Below are positions 38,276 through 50,639 of a stretch of DNA of 63,839 bases, in pieces (positions within the stretch are counted from its first letter, which is position 1; each line of letters starts with the position of its first letter). The notes beneath the pieces were generated by a model. The model worked only from the letters and a program-made list of their open reading frames with translations. It did not search any database and was not told the origin of the DNA. Source of the stretch: Balamuthia mandrillaris. Taxonomy: Eukaryota. The position numbers and the translations under genes were made by a program. The DNA lies in contig JAVKOQ020000084.1 in assembly GCA_031835245.2 (NCBI GenBank), positions 124,001-187,839 of the forward strand. The letters are read 5' to 3'.

Positions 38276-40554
38276 TCTCTCTCTCTCTCTCTCTCTGCAA
38301 CTACCTCCACTCTTGCTAAGGCATAGCTCACTTTATTCAACACAACAAAACAAAAGCTCAACAAAAGGGTTTATATTTAGCACTTGTGTCATCCTCGTTG
38401 AGAGCTTCAGTGGGCGAAGAGGAAGCAAAGCGTGTAACCCCCGCAACGATAGGAATTCTATGGCTGATGGTCAACAAGAAGGGGACCCAGGCGATTACCT
38501 TCACCAGCAATGGCATTCTCACTAAGTGGAAGCTTTGTTCGCCTGAACAGAAGCAGTGTAAAGGTTTTGTTCTTCACTTTGTTTGTATGCAAAGGTTCTA
38601 AAACTAACTCATATATTTATCATAGAAGACACAACAAGTTTGTTCCAACCAACAATATTGCAAAGCGTGGATATACTGAGCTTGAGTGCTGAAATGAAGA
38701 AGAGTAGGACCAAGCAGAAGGATATCTTCAACTCAGACCAAAACAACGGTGAAGAATTGCCATTGTTCTGCAATACACGCGGAAAGCTCGCGCTCAACAG
38801 GCGGATGTCCATTCGTTGGCATGACTTGACTGTTTTGCCCTTCCCTGGCAAGGGCTATCGTGTAACTTCTTCGGATCGACGTTGGGTTTTATTGAATGAT
38901 ACAGTACTACTTCGTTTCAACTCAGCACTGGTGCGATGGACAACCCAAGCAAATGTTCCTTCCTCTTGTTACCTTGACAAGGCAAAGCTAACGCTTTTGG
39001 ATTGGAAGCCCATACGAACGGATGAAAACGACAAGAATGGAACGGAAAAGAAGAAGGAAGAGGTAACGCTAACTTGCGTGACGAGAGACGCCTTTGCTCG
39101 CTATGTTGCAACATTTGAAGTTGACGAAGAAGAAGAAGTAGAAGAAGAAGAAGATGATGGTGATGAAGGAGAAGATGATGGTGATGAAGAAGAAGGACAA
39201 GAAGATGACGACGAAAAAGACGCGAAAAAGAATCTTAAATGGCAAGAAGAGACGATAATTCCTTTGTTGAGTTATTGCGGAAGGAGTGCTGATGTGATAG
39301 CCATCAACGAAAGAAGAACAAAATTGGTTTTAGCGTTGGTCAGCAGGTTGGAATGCATCGACCTGAGAACAGGGCTACAGAAGTGGTTTCTTGATACAGA
39401 ACGAAATATTTGCAATCAAGTAAGATATTCTATCCTCTTTATTGTTTGTTGCTTACCCATTCAATTGTTTGATTAGAGGACAGAAGATGGCGACTATGAT
39501 TCTACCCAATATCCGTTTAATAGTTTCTCAGACGTTACAACAGTGATCATCGTAGCTCTCCCAAGGCAATCTGCCGAACAACAACCATACAGTATGGACC
39601 GGAACGCAACACGAAAGGTAGAAGAACCGTATGAGGAAGAAGAAGAAGAGGAAGAATGCATCGTCGTTGGCTTCTCCGACGGCCAAGTCGCCATGTTATC
39701 GCTTAACAATCCAGGCCATATTTTCAGCGTTCACAAACTTCCCAAAGTAACCTCCTTTTGCGCCCGTATCCACCAACCTCCGTCACGTACCTGTCCTTCC
39801 GTGGATTGTCTCGTTGCCGATAAAGAAAGAGGAGTGGTCTGGGCGGTTGGTTCTGGCAGTCCACTTATTCCTCTTCCCCTTCCTTCTTCTGCATCATTAC
39901 CTGTTGGCTTGGGTGATGTACTGGCATACGAAGCAGTGTGTTTTAAACGTTTTCATGACAAAGCAAAGAAAAAATCTCCTTGTCGAATGCCTGAAGAAGA
40001 TTCTTTGCTTCCCTACGAGGACCAAAATGAACTACACCAATCCACGGCTTCTTCGATTTCTTCTGTTGCTGCTCTTTCTACGCTGTGCATCGACTCTTTG
40101 GTGCGATCCCTTACTCCAAAAAGCGCTTCCCTCATCCAAAGCTTGCTTCCCTCGGACCTCAACGAACGGTGCTTGCGGTACCTTCTCTCGCGTCTGATGA
40201 CTATTTCCTTGCGCCCCAACGAGCTCTTTACGAAGGGGCTTGTCACTTTTCTACCTTTATTCCCTCATGCATCAACCTTCACTCTTTGGATCTGACCGCT
40301 TTGGTCGATAAGGAAGGAACTTTTATGAGCGCCATCGCCTACTCTTTGAACGAACAAAACAACTTGCGGCACATCGATCTCAGCTTTGCAAAGTGTAATG
40401 TGGCTGCGTTGGCTTCTTTGGTAGCAAGGTGTGGGGAAAAGATGGAATTACTGGAACTATGGTTTGTTTTTCATTCTTTTTTTTCTAGCTTCTGTCTCCT
40501 TGTTGCGGCACCTTGTCATTCTCTTGTTATTTTATTTTGAACTACCTCTCATCA

Positions 40555-40599
<45 letters not shown>

Positions 40600-41283
40600 C
40601 TTAGGTCAGCTTCGTTGTATCAGAACCCTGACGCCTCGGGTAAAAGTTACAATTGCCTTCAGCATATGATTAAGTATAAGTATGAAGGGCTTTGTTTCTT
40701 ATCAGTGTTGGGCACGCATTGTCCTAATCTTCGCCACGTAAGTTGTTGTACATCCGATCTATTATTCTGTTTCTGATCTTCTTGCTTTTTTGTGTGTATG
40801 CAGTTGGGTTTACATGGACATTCGAAACTGGTCAACCAACAACAAAGCGAACAAAACTTTGGGGACTGGATAGCGCTCCTCAAGGGTTGTCCCGGCCTGG
40901 AATACCTGGACCTCAGCTCCACCGACCTCACTCCTCAACATCTTCACTATCTCTCGCTTTTGTTGCAACCCTCCTGTCTTCGTGTTTTGATACTCCAATC
41001 AAACCAAAAGTTGGCTCGTTGCCCTGGAGAAGAAGCGGTCAACCAGGTCTTGTCCTACTGCCCCAGGCTGCAAACGCTCAACCTCTTGGATTGCTGGTCT
41101 CTTCGTTTGCAAAACTTGGAGTTTCATCATCGCAACGCTGTTTTTGGACCGCCGTTTGGTGAGAAGAACGACGAAGAGGAGGAGAAGGAGAAAGATAAGT
41201 TGGTGATTTTGGCTTCAGCGGAGAGTTTTCGTGGATTCGACTGGAATGAGGAAAGCGCAAAAGAACTTGCATCTTGGAGGTGA
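36686..41283 (+). CDS. Multidomain gene: ankyrin-like repeats, beta-rich (WD-like) region and LRR module; apparent 1-nt frameshift near 40228
   Basis: GWNVLHYAV and VKWLLQKGADP ankyrin-like motifs. Exons join in frame by GT-AG through ~40228. The LRR C-terminal part is homologous to 9541-10944. Confidence 0.6.
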
Positions 41284-42253
41284 TGTGTTTTTTACCCAAA
41301 CCCCCTTCCTTTGTTGTGAACGGCATAAAAATACTGACTCATTTATAACTTAAACTTCTCTTTGTTCTCTTGTTGAGCGGAACATGTGGGCGTCTGACGG
41401 CCCCCTCTCTTCTTGCTCCTGGTTTTTTATTGTACTCATTGCTGCTGCTCCTATCTCCTGTCTTCTCTCTTCTGTACCTTCAGAGAAGGCACTCGAGCTC
41501 CGGAGCTTATCTGTCCACTCCTCCATTCTCCTTCTGCGCTGCCCTGCATTGCCAAAACGGGATGCCCCATGATGAGATTGTTTGGTGGCTCATGCGCGCA
41601 TCTGATGCCCAGCAAAAAAAAGCTCCGAATGGACTGTTAGTTCCGAACATACAGCAACTGTTCCTCGTCCTATCTTTCTGTTCGTTATCTTAATCGCTTG
41701 ATTGGTCGGACATCCATCTATTTGATGCTTGGACGAGATATCGGGTCCTCATCATGCTGTTACAGTATGATTGTTTATTTGGTTTGGTGCTAGCAACAGA
41801 AGGACGAGAAAGGGTGCGAAAGCAGCAAGTTGAAAAAGTGGTACTACCCTTGTTTATTTCAGTGTGGTAATGCTGTAATCGTTTGGGTACCAGACAACCT
41901 GAAAACTTTAATATTGTTTCTGGTTCTTTCTCTTTGCATTGTCTATCGGGAAGTGAACACGAACAACTAGGGACACCGATGCTTGCAGGTTACTGTCGGA
42001 CAAACTGGAAATGAAGGAATGAGTGTGCAACCAACAACAAGATGGCTTCCCCCGAACGTTGAAGGAAGATATCGGGTTTGGAACAAAGTCAGCTGAGGGA
42101 ACGGATGGAGGTCACCAAAGAAACTATTTAAACCTCTTCCCTTTCCACTTCCCTTTCCCTTTCTCCTTCATTCACTCAACAACAACAAAACAATTCAAAC
42201 AACACAAACAAAGCGAAAAACACCGACATCCACTTCCCGTTTACCTGAACAAC

Positions 42254-43848
42254 ATGACAAGAGCGAGCAACACTGCTTTCCTCGCTGGGGTGATGCTTCT
42301 TTGCATTGTTTCCTCCGCTCTCGCTTTGAACTATGCCGACATCTATGGTACCCATCCTCCCTTCTCTTCCTCCTTTTTAGTTTCTTTTCCTTTCTCTCTC
42401 TTTCGTTACGTTCTTCTTTCTGACATTCGGCATGGGCAGCGCGGTCTCGTGAGTTGCCAGCGGAACGGGAGCTCCTGGACAGCATCTCCTTCTCCATCCA
42501 GAAGAACCCCGGTCAAGCCGTCATGACCCGCAGGACCCTCTCCAACTCCACCTTCACCAGCCGCCACTCCATGAGCCTGTCCTTCAAGGCCTTGGGCCGA
42601 GAATTCTCCGCCTCCCTCCACCACAACAACGATCTCTTCCACCCCAAGGCCGTGGTCTCCGTCTTCTCCGAGGGAGAGTTGGTGGAGACCTATTCCCCTC
42701 AGAGCAGAGCCTACCTGGGAGAGGCCACCATCGATGGCAGGGAGCAGGCCAGCGTCTCCGCCGTGGTGGCCGACTACGACCAAGGCGTCTTCCACATGAG
42801 CATCTGGAACGCCCAGACGGGAGAGAGCTACGTGGTGGAGCCCACCTACCTTCACCCCGAGCTCAGCAAGAAGAGAAGCGAGGGTGGAGGCATGATGGAG
42901 ACCCTCTCCGGAGGCAACATGGTGGTCTTCAAGGAGCACTGGGATGAGCTTCCTTTCGCCCCTCGCAATGTGGACCAAGCCGAGGAGGAAGGCGAGCAAC
43001 CACCGGTCTCCTGCGGCACAGGTGACATCCAGGAGGGAGAGGAGGATGCGGAAGACGTGGTGGACCCGACCAGCAGCTGCCCTCCTCGCAGCGCGAGCTA
43101 CCTGCTCATGGGCGTGGCCACGGACAACCAGTACGTCCGCAAGGCGGGCGGCACCTCCGGCACCCCCAACACCATCTCCTACGTCTGGTCCACCATGCAG
43201 GGCCACTACTACACCGCCGTGCGCAACAAGCCCGTCATCAAGTCCCTGGTCATCAACTCCAGCCCTTCCTCCTCCTCCTCCTCCTCCACCAACTTCAACA
43301 CCGCCAGCTGCCCCTCCGACGTGCAGACCAGGCTCACCCCCTTCTGCAACTGGAGGGTTCGCCAGACCGACCGCACCATCGGTCTCTGGCACTTGCTCTC
43401 CGGATGCCTGCCGGACCGCACGGGAGTGGCGGGACGTGCCTATTACAGCGCCCTCTGCCGGTACACCACCCAGGGGTGCGGCATCACGGGCTACTTGGGA
43501 GGCAACGCCCGCTGGGTCATCCCCGCCCACGAGATCGGGCACAACTACGGCGCCAGGCACAGCAGCAACATCATGGCTCCCTCGGTGAACAGCAGGGCCA
43601 CGGGCTTCGCCCAGACCTCCATCAACGACATGTGCCGCTACACCTTCAGCGTCTCCGCCCGCACCGCCTGCCTCTTGGACCGCTTGCCCGAGGACCAGAG
43701 CCCCACCCTCCCCGACCAGGAGGAGTCTTCCTCCTCCGAGGAGGAGGGCTGCGAGTGCAAGAAGAGGAGCGAGAACGTGGTGGTGGTGCAGGGCTCCGAG
43801 TCCGCCGCCGCCACCCCCAGCAGCGCTCTCCTCGAGGCCTTGTTCTAG
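42254..43848 (+). CDS. Secreted metzincin zinc metalloprotease (M12B/reprolysin-like), copy 2
   Basis: Same structure as copy 1: intron ~42348-42439, HEIGHNYGARH, Met-turn; TATTTAAA at 42125-42132. Confidence 0.9.
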
Positions 43849-44206
43849 AGAGCCAACAAACTCTTCCCCCTATCATGCACATACGCTTTTACAGAGCTCC
43901 CTTTCCGTTTCTTCTTCACGTGTCCATAGGTCTTTTATCTTTTAGACTGTAAAAACAACTTTTTTTTCCAATGTTGTCGATACAAATTTTCTTCTTTTTG
44001 GCGTTACCTCTTGCGGCAGTTCGACTCCCACTAAGGGCATGTGATTTGATTCATCCATAAGGTTCACGGTTCGACGCGCGGCATACGCGGATAAGTTTTT
44101 TCGTTCGAACTGATTTCTTCGGTTCGACCCCTGGCGCAAGCATTATTTTTTTTTGTTATACACAAAAAGCAAGTTCCTTGCTGATGGGTGGGGGTGTGCT
44201 GTCACA

Positions 44207-45528
44207 ATGGAAGTGGAGGCTCTGCCGGATGAGCTCATTGCCCATGTGTTGAGCTTTCTTGGGCCGTACGACTTGTGCCACGCTGCAGGAATGCTGTGCA
44301 AACGCTTTCACTCCATCTCCCAAAGCGAATTTCTGTGGAAAGGGCTGTGTGGCAGCTTCGGCTTCAAAGCCTTCGCTCCTCCAACCACTTCTGCTTCTTC
44401 TTCTTCTTGTTCTTCTTCTTATTCTTCTGCTTCGTTCAAAGCTTCTTTTGTCTCATGTTGGAAAAGCCTTTATGGCAACTGGCGTCTGCAGAAAGGAAGA
44501 CGAAGAGAGGACCTACTGGAGCTTCAAGGCCCCAAAGTGTGTAGCATGGCTGTGAGCAGCTCTCGAATAGCCATCTTCCTGGCTTCCTTGGATGCGGTGC
44601 ATGTGTTTGACAGGGGAAGAGGGCCTCCCACGGCCACGCTTCAGTGCTTTTCCTCCTCTTCCGAGGGATTCTTCTATGGGGTGGAGCGGCTGACACTGAC
44701 GGACAACTTTGTGGTGGTCATACTGTGTTTGGACGAGAGCCCTGCGACACAACATGATGTGGTAGTCTTCTCTGCTGACTCTGGACGAGAACTGTTTGCT
44801 TTGAGCGCTACGATGTTCCTACCGGCAAATGTTCGATCTCTCTCTCTCTTTCGCTTTGTCGTTCCATTCTCTCTCTCTCACTCACTTTCCCGCTCTTTCT
44901 CTGTATCTCTTCTCCTGATACTTTTCTGATTTAGCCAACAAGTGTGTGGGCCAAAGAAGATGAACACAACGAGCTTACAGTGCTGGTTTTATTTGGTTGC
45001 GGGCAAGCAGTAGAATGGCAGCCATCAACAGGAGTCTGCGTCATGTCTCCAATCAACAATATCCTCTTCTCTCATCAACAAGAAGAGGACAAAGAAAGAG
45101 AACAAGCTAAAGACGACCGAGGAGATGAATCTGCTGCTAACCAATGGCACGGGCTTTACCTCAGCGACAAGCGTTTGCTGGGGTGCAGAAAAAAAGATGG
45201 TTCCATCTTCGTGTTCAATCGTGAGACGAACCGTTGCCACACCATTCATCCTGACATCAAGTTCGACCCTTCTTCTCCGTTTGCCGACTTTTCTTACGAT
45301 GAGCAAACGGATCGGCTTTTGCTTCTGCAAAGGAACAGCAAAGCCACCCTGTGGGACACAAGCGGGCACCAAAGAGCGAGGAACGGGCCTATCGCCGTCC
45401 TTCCTGCCGTCGGATGGGAGCGTTGCTTTTTGGAACGAGGAGAAGCGTTCATCGGGCGATACTCTGCGTTGGACATTTGGGACTTTGAGGAGAGGGCTGC
45501 CGCGCAAGCCGCAGCAAACCAATTCTAA
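44207..45528 (+). CDS. F-box protein with C-terminal beta-propeller-like region
   Basis: LPDELIAHVLSFL..DL....CKRFHSISQSEFLWKGLC; one intron ~44831-44942; repeats ending LWD and IWD. Confidence 0.8.
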
Positions 45529-45753
45529 ATCATGTCGTCATGGTATTTATCGTCGACATAATAACTGACAGGGCGACAGGAGGAAGAGTCAAAAGCGTCC
45601 ATAATCTCCAAGAGAAAACGTGTAAAAATCAAAGAAAACACCGGTTCCGTTGCGCCGTTTCTGCCCGATTCGTTAAACCCGAAGCTGATTGTGTCTGGCA
45701 CACCCAACAGTAAGAAGAGCGAGCGTACGACCACACGCACACAGTCCACAAGC

Positions 45754-46362
45754 ATGGCGGCCAGCGCAGAAGAAGCAAGGTTAACTCGTTTGTTGGGCGA
45801 GCTGCACACGCCAGAGATGCAACGAAGGCAGGGAAACGGCTCCGACCACTCCGAAACATTTTCCCCAGAAGCAGAGGACAAGGAGAGAGAGAGGCTAAAC
45901 AAGCATTGGCTCGGAGAAGCTCCCCCAACGGCCTCCCCGACCAAAGCCTGCGAGAGCCAGCAACCTTCGCCTAAAGCGGCAGCGCCTGTCGTCGTCAAGA
46001 GGGAAGTTGCGGTGCGCCCAAAGATGAAACTCGGGAGCGCGGAACAGGCTCTGCGCAACGGAGAGACGGAGGAGCAGATGCTGAAGAGAAAAATGGAAGA
46101 AATGAAGAGGAACATGCAGCTGAAGCAACAACAGCAACAGCACCAACAGAAGAGCCCGAGAAGAGTAGCGGCGGAGCCTCCAACGACAGCGACTACGACG
46201 CCAACTAAGGCCCCACCAGCTTCAGCTGCCGTTCAGCACCCACAAATGAAGGAGGACGTCCAACCCAGCAGCAGCAATGGAATAGAAATAGCGGTTCCAG
46301 AGGAGAAAGCCGAAGAGATGGCCAGAAAGGAAGAAGAGCGCCTTCGTCACCGATGGCTTTGA
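45754..46362 (+). CDS. Hypothetical low-complexity protein
   Basis: Open frame of about 200 aa from an ATG, coding-like composition, no recognised domain. Confidence 0.55.
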   Translation: MAASAEEARLTRLLGELHTPEMQRRQGNGSDHSETFSPEAEDKERERLNKHWLGEAPPTASPTKACESQQPSPKAAAPVVVKREVAVRPKMKLGSAEQALRNGETEEQMLKRKMEEMKRNMQLKQQQQQHQQKSPRRVAAEPPTTATTTPTKAPPASAAVQHPQMKEDVQPSSSNGIEIAVPEEKAEEMARKEEERLRHRWL

Positions 46363-46483
46363 AAAAAGAAAAAAACAAAACGCCCCACTCGCTCGCTGTA
46401 CATAATAAATCCAAGAAAAAAAAACGTGTGACCCTTTGTCGATTCGAACCGACGGCCAAAAATATTTGGGCGAAGTTTTAGAG

Positions 46484-46561
46484 TGACGTGGCTTTGCCAT
46501 ACAAAGAGAGCCACGTATCAGCCCACGTCAGCAACCTCATAAAGGAGGGAGTGCCACGTCA
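46484..46561. promoter_or_regulatory. Cluster of TGACGTGG/CCACGTCA bZIP-type sites
   Basis: TGACGTGG 46484, CCACGTAT 46511, CCACGTCA 46523 and 46554, all within 180 bp upstream of ATG 46661. Confidence 0.55.
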
Positions 46562-46660
46562 CGCGACCGCTGCGGCAGCTGTTCAATTTCTTTCTCTTCT
46601 GCAATACAAAAAGTTCCACCAACCACACACACACACCAAGCAATCATACACACGCACGGA

Positions 46661-47694
46661 ATGGCCCTGAGGCAAGACCACGTGGAGGCGGTGGTGGATC
46701 CCTTCGCTAGCCCAGAGGAACAGGAACAACAGCGGATGAGAGCGCAGCGCCTGGCGGAACGCCTCTCCGTCCGTGAAGAGCTTGCCATGCAGCAAAGAGA
46801 AAAGCGGCTGAAATGGGGGAGACACCCCTTGTGGATGGCGTTGAAACGAACAGTTGTCTTTGTGTTCGTGGCCTTTGTGACCTCCACCTTTTGGCAGTTC
46901 TTTGCGGAGCGAAGCGGCGTGGAAGAGGTATCACCTGGCTTTTGGCTTGCCAAGGCTGCACACTTGTCGGAGAGCTTGTTCGATACGCTGGGAAGACTCT
47001 ACATCAGGCTTGTCGACCTTATCTATCACTTGAAGCACCTGCGCGACTTTTTGTACCGAGCATGGGACGCTTTCCGAGAGCTGCTGTTGCGACTCATTCC
47101 CATAAACGAACTCTGGGCAGCTGCATCTAAGGTTTGTTTCTTTCTCTCTTTTCTCCCTCTCCATAACTTTTTCCCCTCGCTGTGTCTTTCTGCCTTGTCT
47201 CCTTCTCCTCCTCCGTTCCATTTTCATAAACTTCTTGTTTGCCCGTCTGACCTTGGTCTCCTTTGCAGGTGGTGCTGCCAATTGTAGATATAGTGGTCTC
47301 TCCCTTGCATTTCTTTGTGGGGTTCATGCAAGAGGTCCAGGCCTTGCCCAACCACAGCATCAGCGTCTTCTATACGGCCAGCTTGGTGGTGGGCCTCCTC
47401 CTGTGGTGCGCAATGAAAGCCATGCATACCACTCATACACTTAGAAAGAGGAGAATACTGAAGAAGCAGAACGGGGAACAGCAGACACAACTTGGACAAG
47501 CATCGAAGGAAGAAGCTGAAGAAGCGGAAAGTAGGCCTTTCATGCAGATGAAGACGTTTGGGAAAACTTGGCTGGAGGAGTGTAAAAAGGCTTGGACTAC
47601 CAACCCGTTTTTCCAGATCGCCTACATTCTGGCTTTTCAACTTTTCTTCATCTTAATAGTGTACAACGCCCCTGGGGTGTTGCAGTTGCTCTAA
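46661..47694 (+). CDS. Hypothetical multi-pass membrane protein
   Basis: Two exons (intron ~47132-47268) and three or more hydrophobic segments. Confidence 0.7.
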
Positions 47695-47901
47695 CCTTTT
47701 GGGCGTGTCGTGTATGCCCCACCAATAATATCTGTAAAATACTACGATTATCAGAAATAATTGATGAATATCAATAATTCACGCGCTCTGAAGAAACCTT
47801 TGGAATTTATCAATAATGTGGGAAACATACGCGATAATTAGACCAAATTTTTTCGATTAAAAGTGAAATTAAAAAAAAAAGGCAAAGCAAAAAAGAAGAA
47901 A

Positions 47902-50425
47902 ATGGCAGAAGCAGGAGCAGCGGCTCCAAAGGCCGACCTCGTCATCCTGCACTTCAACGACGTGTACGACGTGGAACCGGCCGCCAAGGAGCCCGTAGGA
48001 GGGGCCACTCGCTTCGCCACCGCCTTGAAAACGCTGCGCCAGGAGGCCTCCTCTCCACCGTTGGTCTTGTTCAGTGGAGACGTCTTCAATCCTTCTCTTC
48101 TCTCTGCCATTACCAAAGGAAAAGTAAGTAAGCTCCTTTTTAAAAAACACAAAAAAAAAACCAACCACTTCTTTCTTTTTTTCCCTTGCTCTCCTGTGTT
48201 GGTGTTGTTGAGCGTCTACTCACTTCAAAAAAAAAAACGCGCATACATACAATAAAGCATATGGTCAATGTGATGAATGAGCTGCACATCCAAGCTTCTG
48301 TTTACGGCAATCAGTACTGAAGCTTTCCCTTATTCTTCTTCTTTTTCTTCTTCGTTCTTCGTTGTTCTTCTTCTTTCATCTTTCATCTTTCTCCTGTCTT
48401 CTGTTTTTCTCATCACTCTTTTTTTTTTTCGCATAGCGAATTTGACTTTGGAGTGGAACAGCTGAGAAAGAATGTGTCTCAGTGCAACTTCCCATGGCTC
48501 ATGTCGAACCTGATCGACACAGCCACGGGTCTTCCCTTTGCCGGCGGTCATAGACACCTTGTGCTTCCTTGGAATGGCTTGAAAGTGGGCCTTATTGGTG
48601 TCTTTAACTTTCTTCTCCTTCTGCTTCTTCTTCTTGTTCTTCTTCTTCTTCTTCTTCTTCTTCTTCTTCTTCTTCTTCTTGCTCTTCTTCTTCTTCTTCT
48701 TCTGCTTCTGCTTCTTCCTTCTTTCTCTTGTTCATTCTTTAACTTGCTTCTACGTTTTAGGTTTGGTGGAACAAGAATGGCTGGTGACTCTTGCCTACCT
48801 TCCAGAGTCAGTGGAGTACCGCGATTTCGTGACGGAGGGTCAAGCCTTGGTTGAAGAGTTGAAGGACAAAGAGGGTTGTGACCTGGTTATAGCCCTGACC
48901 CATATGCGGGCTCCGAATGACAATCGCTTGGCTAAAGGCGTGCCTCGCTTGGATCTCATTCTATCAGGTAGACCTTTCTTCTCCCCTCTCGCCTCCAATA
49001 ACGTATCTCACAACACAACAACAGGACACGATCACTTTTACGAAGTTTGGCAAGAACAAACTCATAATACAACCATCGTTAAGAGTGGAACTGAGTTCCG
49101 TTACATCAGCCAAGTTGAACTCTTCCTCGACAGTAACTCTCCCAACCACAAGCCTAGAGTGATAACCAAAAAGATCGAGGTCACGAAAGAGTTTGAGGAG
49201 GATGAGAACATGAAACAAATATTATCCTGCTTCCAAGAGATGATGAACACAAAGCTCAACAAAGTGATTGGAAGGACGAGCGTAATGCTGGACGCGAGGA
49301 ACGCCTTTGTGAGGACCGGAGAGACTAACTTGGGAAGCATGATTTGCGATATTATGAGGACCACTATGGGTGCTGATGTTGCGTTGCTGAACAGCGGCAC
49401 TATTCGATCGGACAGCAGCTATGGGCCAGGTACTTTGCTACTTTCGTCTTTCTTCTTTCCCTTTTTCTCGCACCTTTGCTTTCTACCGACAACCGATATG
49501 ACAAACAGGAGACATAAAGCTAAAGGACTTGATGACCATTCTCCCATTCGCCGATACTGTCGTCGTCATTGAGGTAACTGGGCAACAATTGTGGGACGCT
49601 TTTGAGAACGGCGTAAGCAAATGGCCTTTGCAAGAAGGTCGCTTTCCTCAGCTCTCTGGAGCTTCTTTCGTCTTTGATCCGTCGTTGCCACCTGGACGTC
49701 GTTTGCTCAAAGCAAACATCGTGGAAGGCGAAGGAGAAGGCAGAAGCGTTCCTTTGGATAGAGAAAAAAAGTATCTGTTGGCCACGAAGACTTATCTCTC
49801 CGATGGTCAAGATGGCTATGATTGCTTGAAGGACAGCAAGATGGTCATTGACCAGGAAAATGGTCTTTTGCTGCCAGTTATGGTTCGTGTTCATCGTCAC
49901 CTTCTCGTTCTTGCATCTTTTGCTTCTCCTTCTCCTCCTTTCTCTTCCTCTTTCTCTCTTCGTTTTTATTCGAAAGAACTAACGAATACTTCCGTTCTTT
50001 TCTTTTCTTTTTTTTTTCTTTTTTTTTTTTTTGAAAAGGTGAGGCACCATTTCATGAAGTTGAAAGTATTATCATCCTTCAAGAGTGTTCGAGTGAATCA
50101 ACTGGTTCGTCTTGCTTTTCGCAAGAAAGAACAGGTCGATTCAGTTATGGCCATAGCTCCAACTTGTTTCGGCCGCATTGTCGCTCTTCAGGGCGAAAAC
50201 AAAGCGGAAGAAGTAAAAAAGGACAAAGAAAAGGAAGAAGAAGCCGGAAGAAGGAAGAAGGAAGAAGAGGAGGCGCAACGAAAGAAGCAGGAAGAATCCG
50301 AGAGGGCTGTAGCCGCTATGACCAAAGAGCAGCTGCAACAACGAGTGTTGCAGCTGGAGAGAGAGAACGAGACGTTGCGTCAACGTTTGTTGCAACAGTC
50401 TTCCTCCTCTTCTTCCGCTCAATGA
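47902..50425 (+). CDS. 5'-nucleotidase/apyrase family metallophosphoesterase
   Basis: ILHFNDVY, FSGDVFNPS, spliced GNHEFDFG, LTHMR, GHDH, NSGTIRSD, EGRFPQLSG. Confidence 0.92.
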
Positions 50426-50639
50426 ATGGTCGCTCTTGCTCATCTCCATTTTTGGCATTCTCTGCATACCTAACATTTTCTTCATATCTTTCATTCTTTG
50501 TATGCCTCACATTTTCTTCATATTTTTCATGCATGTCATACTAGACATACTTTGCATTTTCTTAATTTGATTCGTCGAAGGAAAAAGAACCGAGTAGCAA
50601 GCAGCAGACGGAAGGAAGGAGGAGAGCATCGCCATCACC

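Noticed and set aside
50473..50530. Two copies of ACATTTTCTTCATAT(C/T)TTTCAT
   Set aside because: Short local tandem duplication in a UTR or intergenic gap with no evidence of function.
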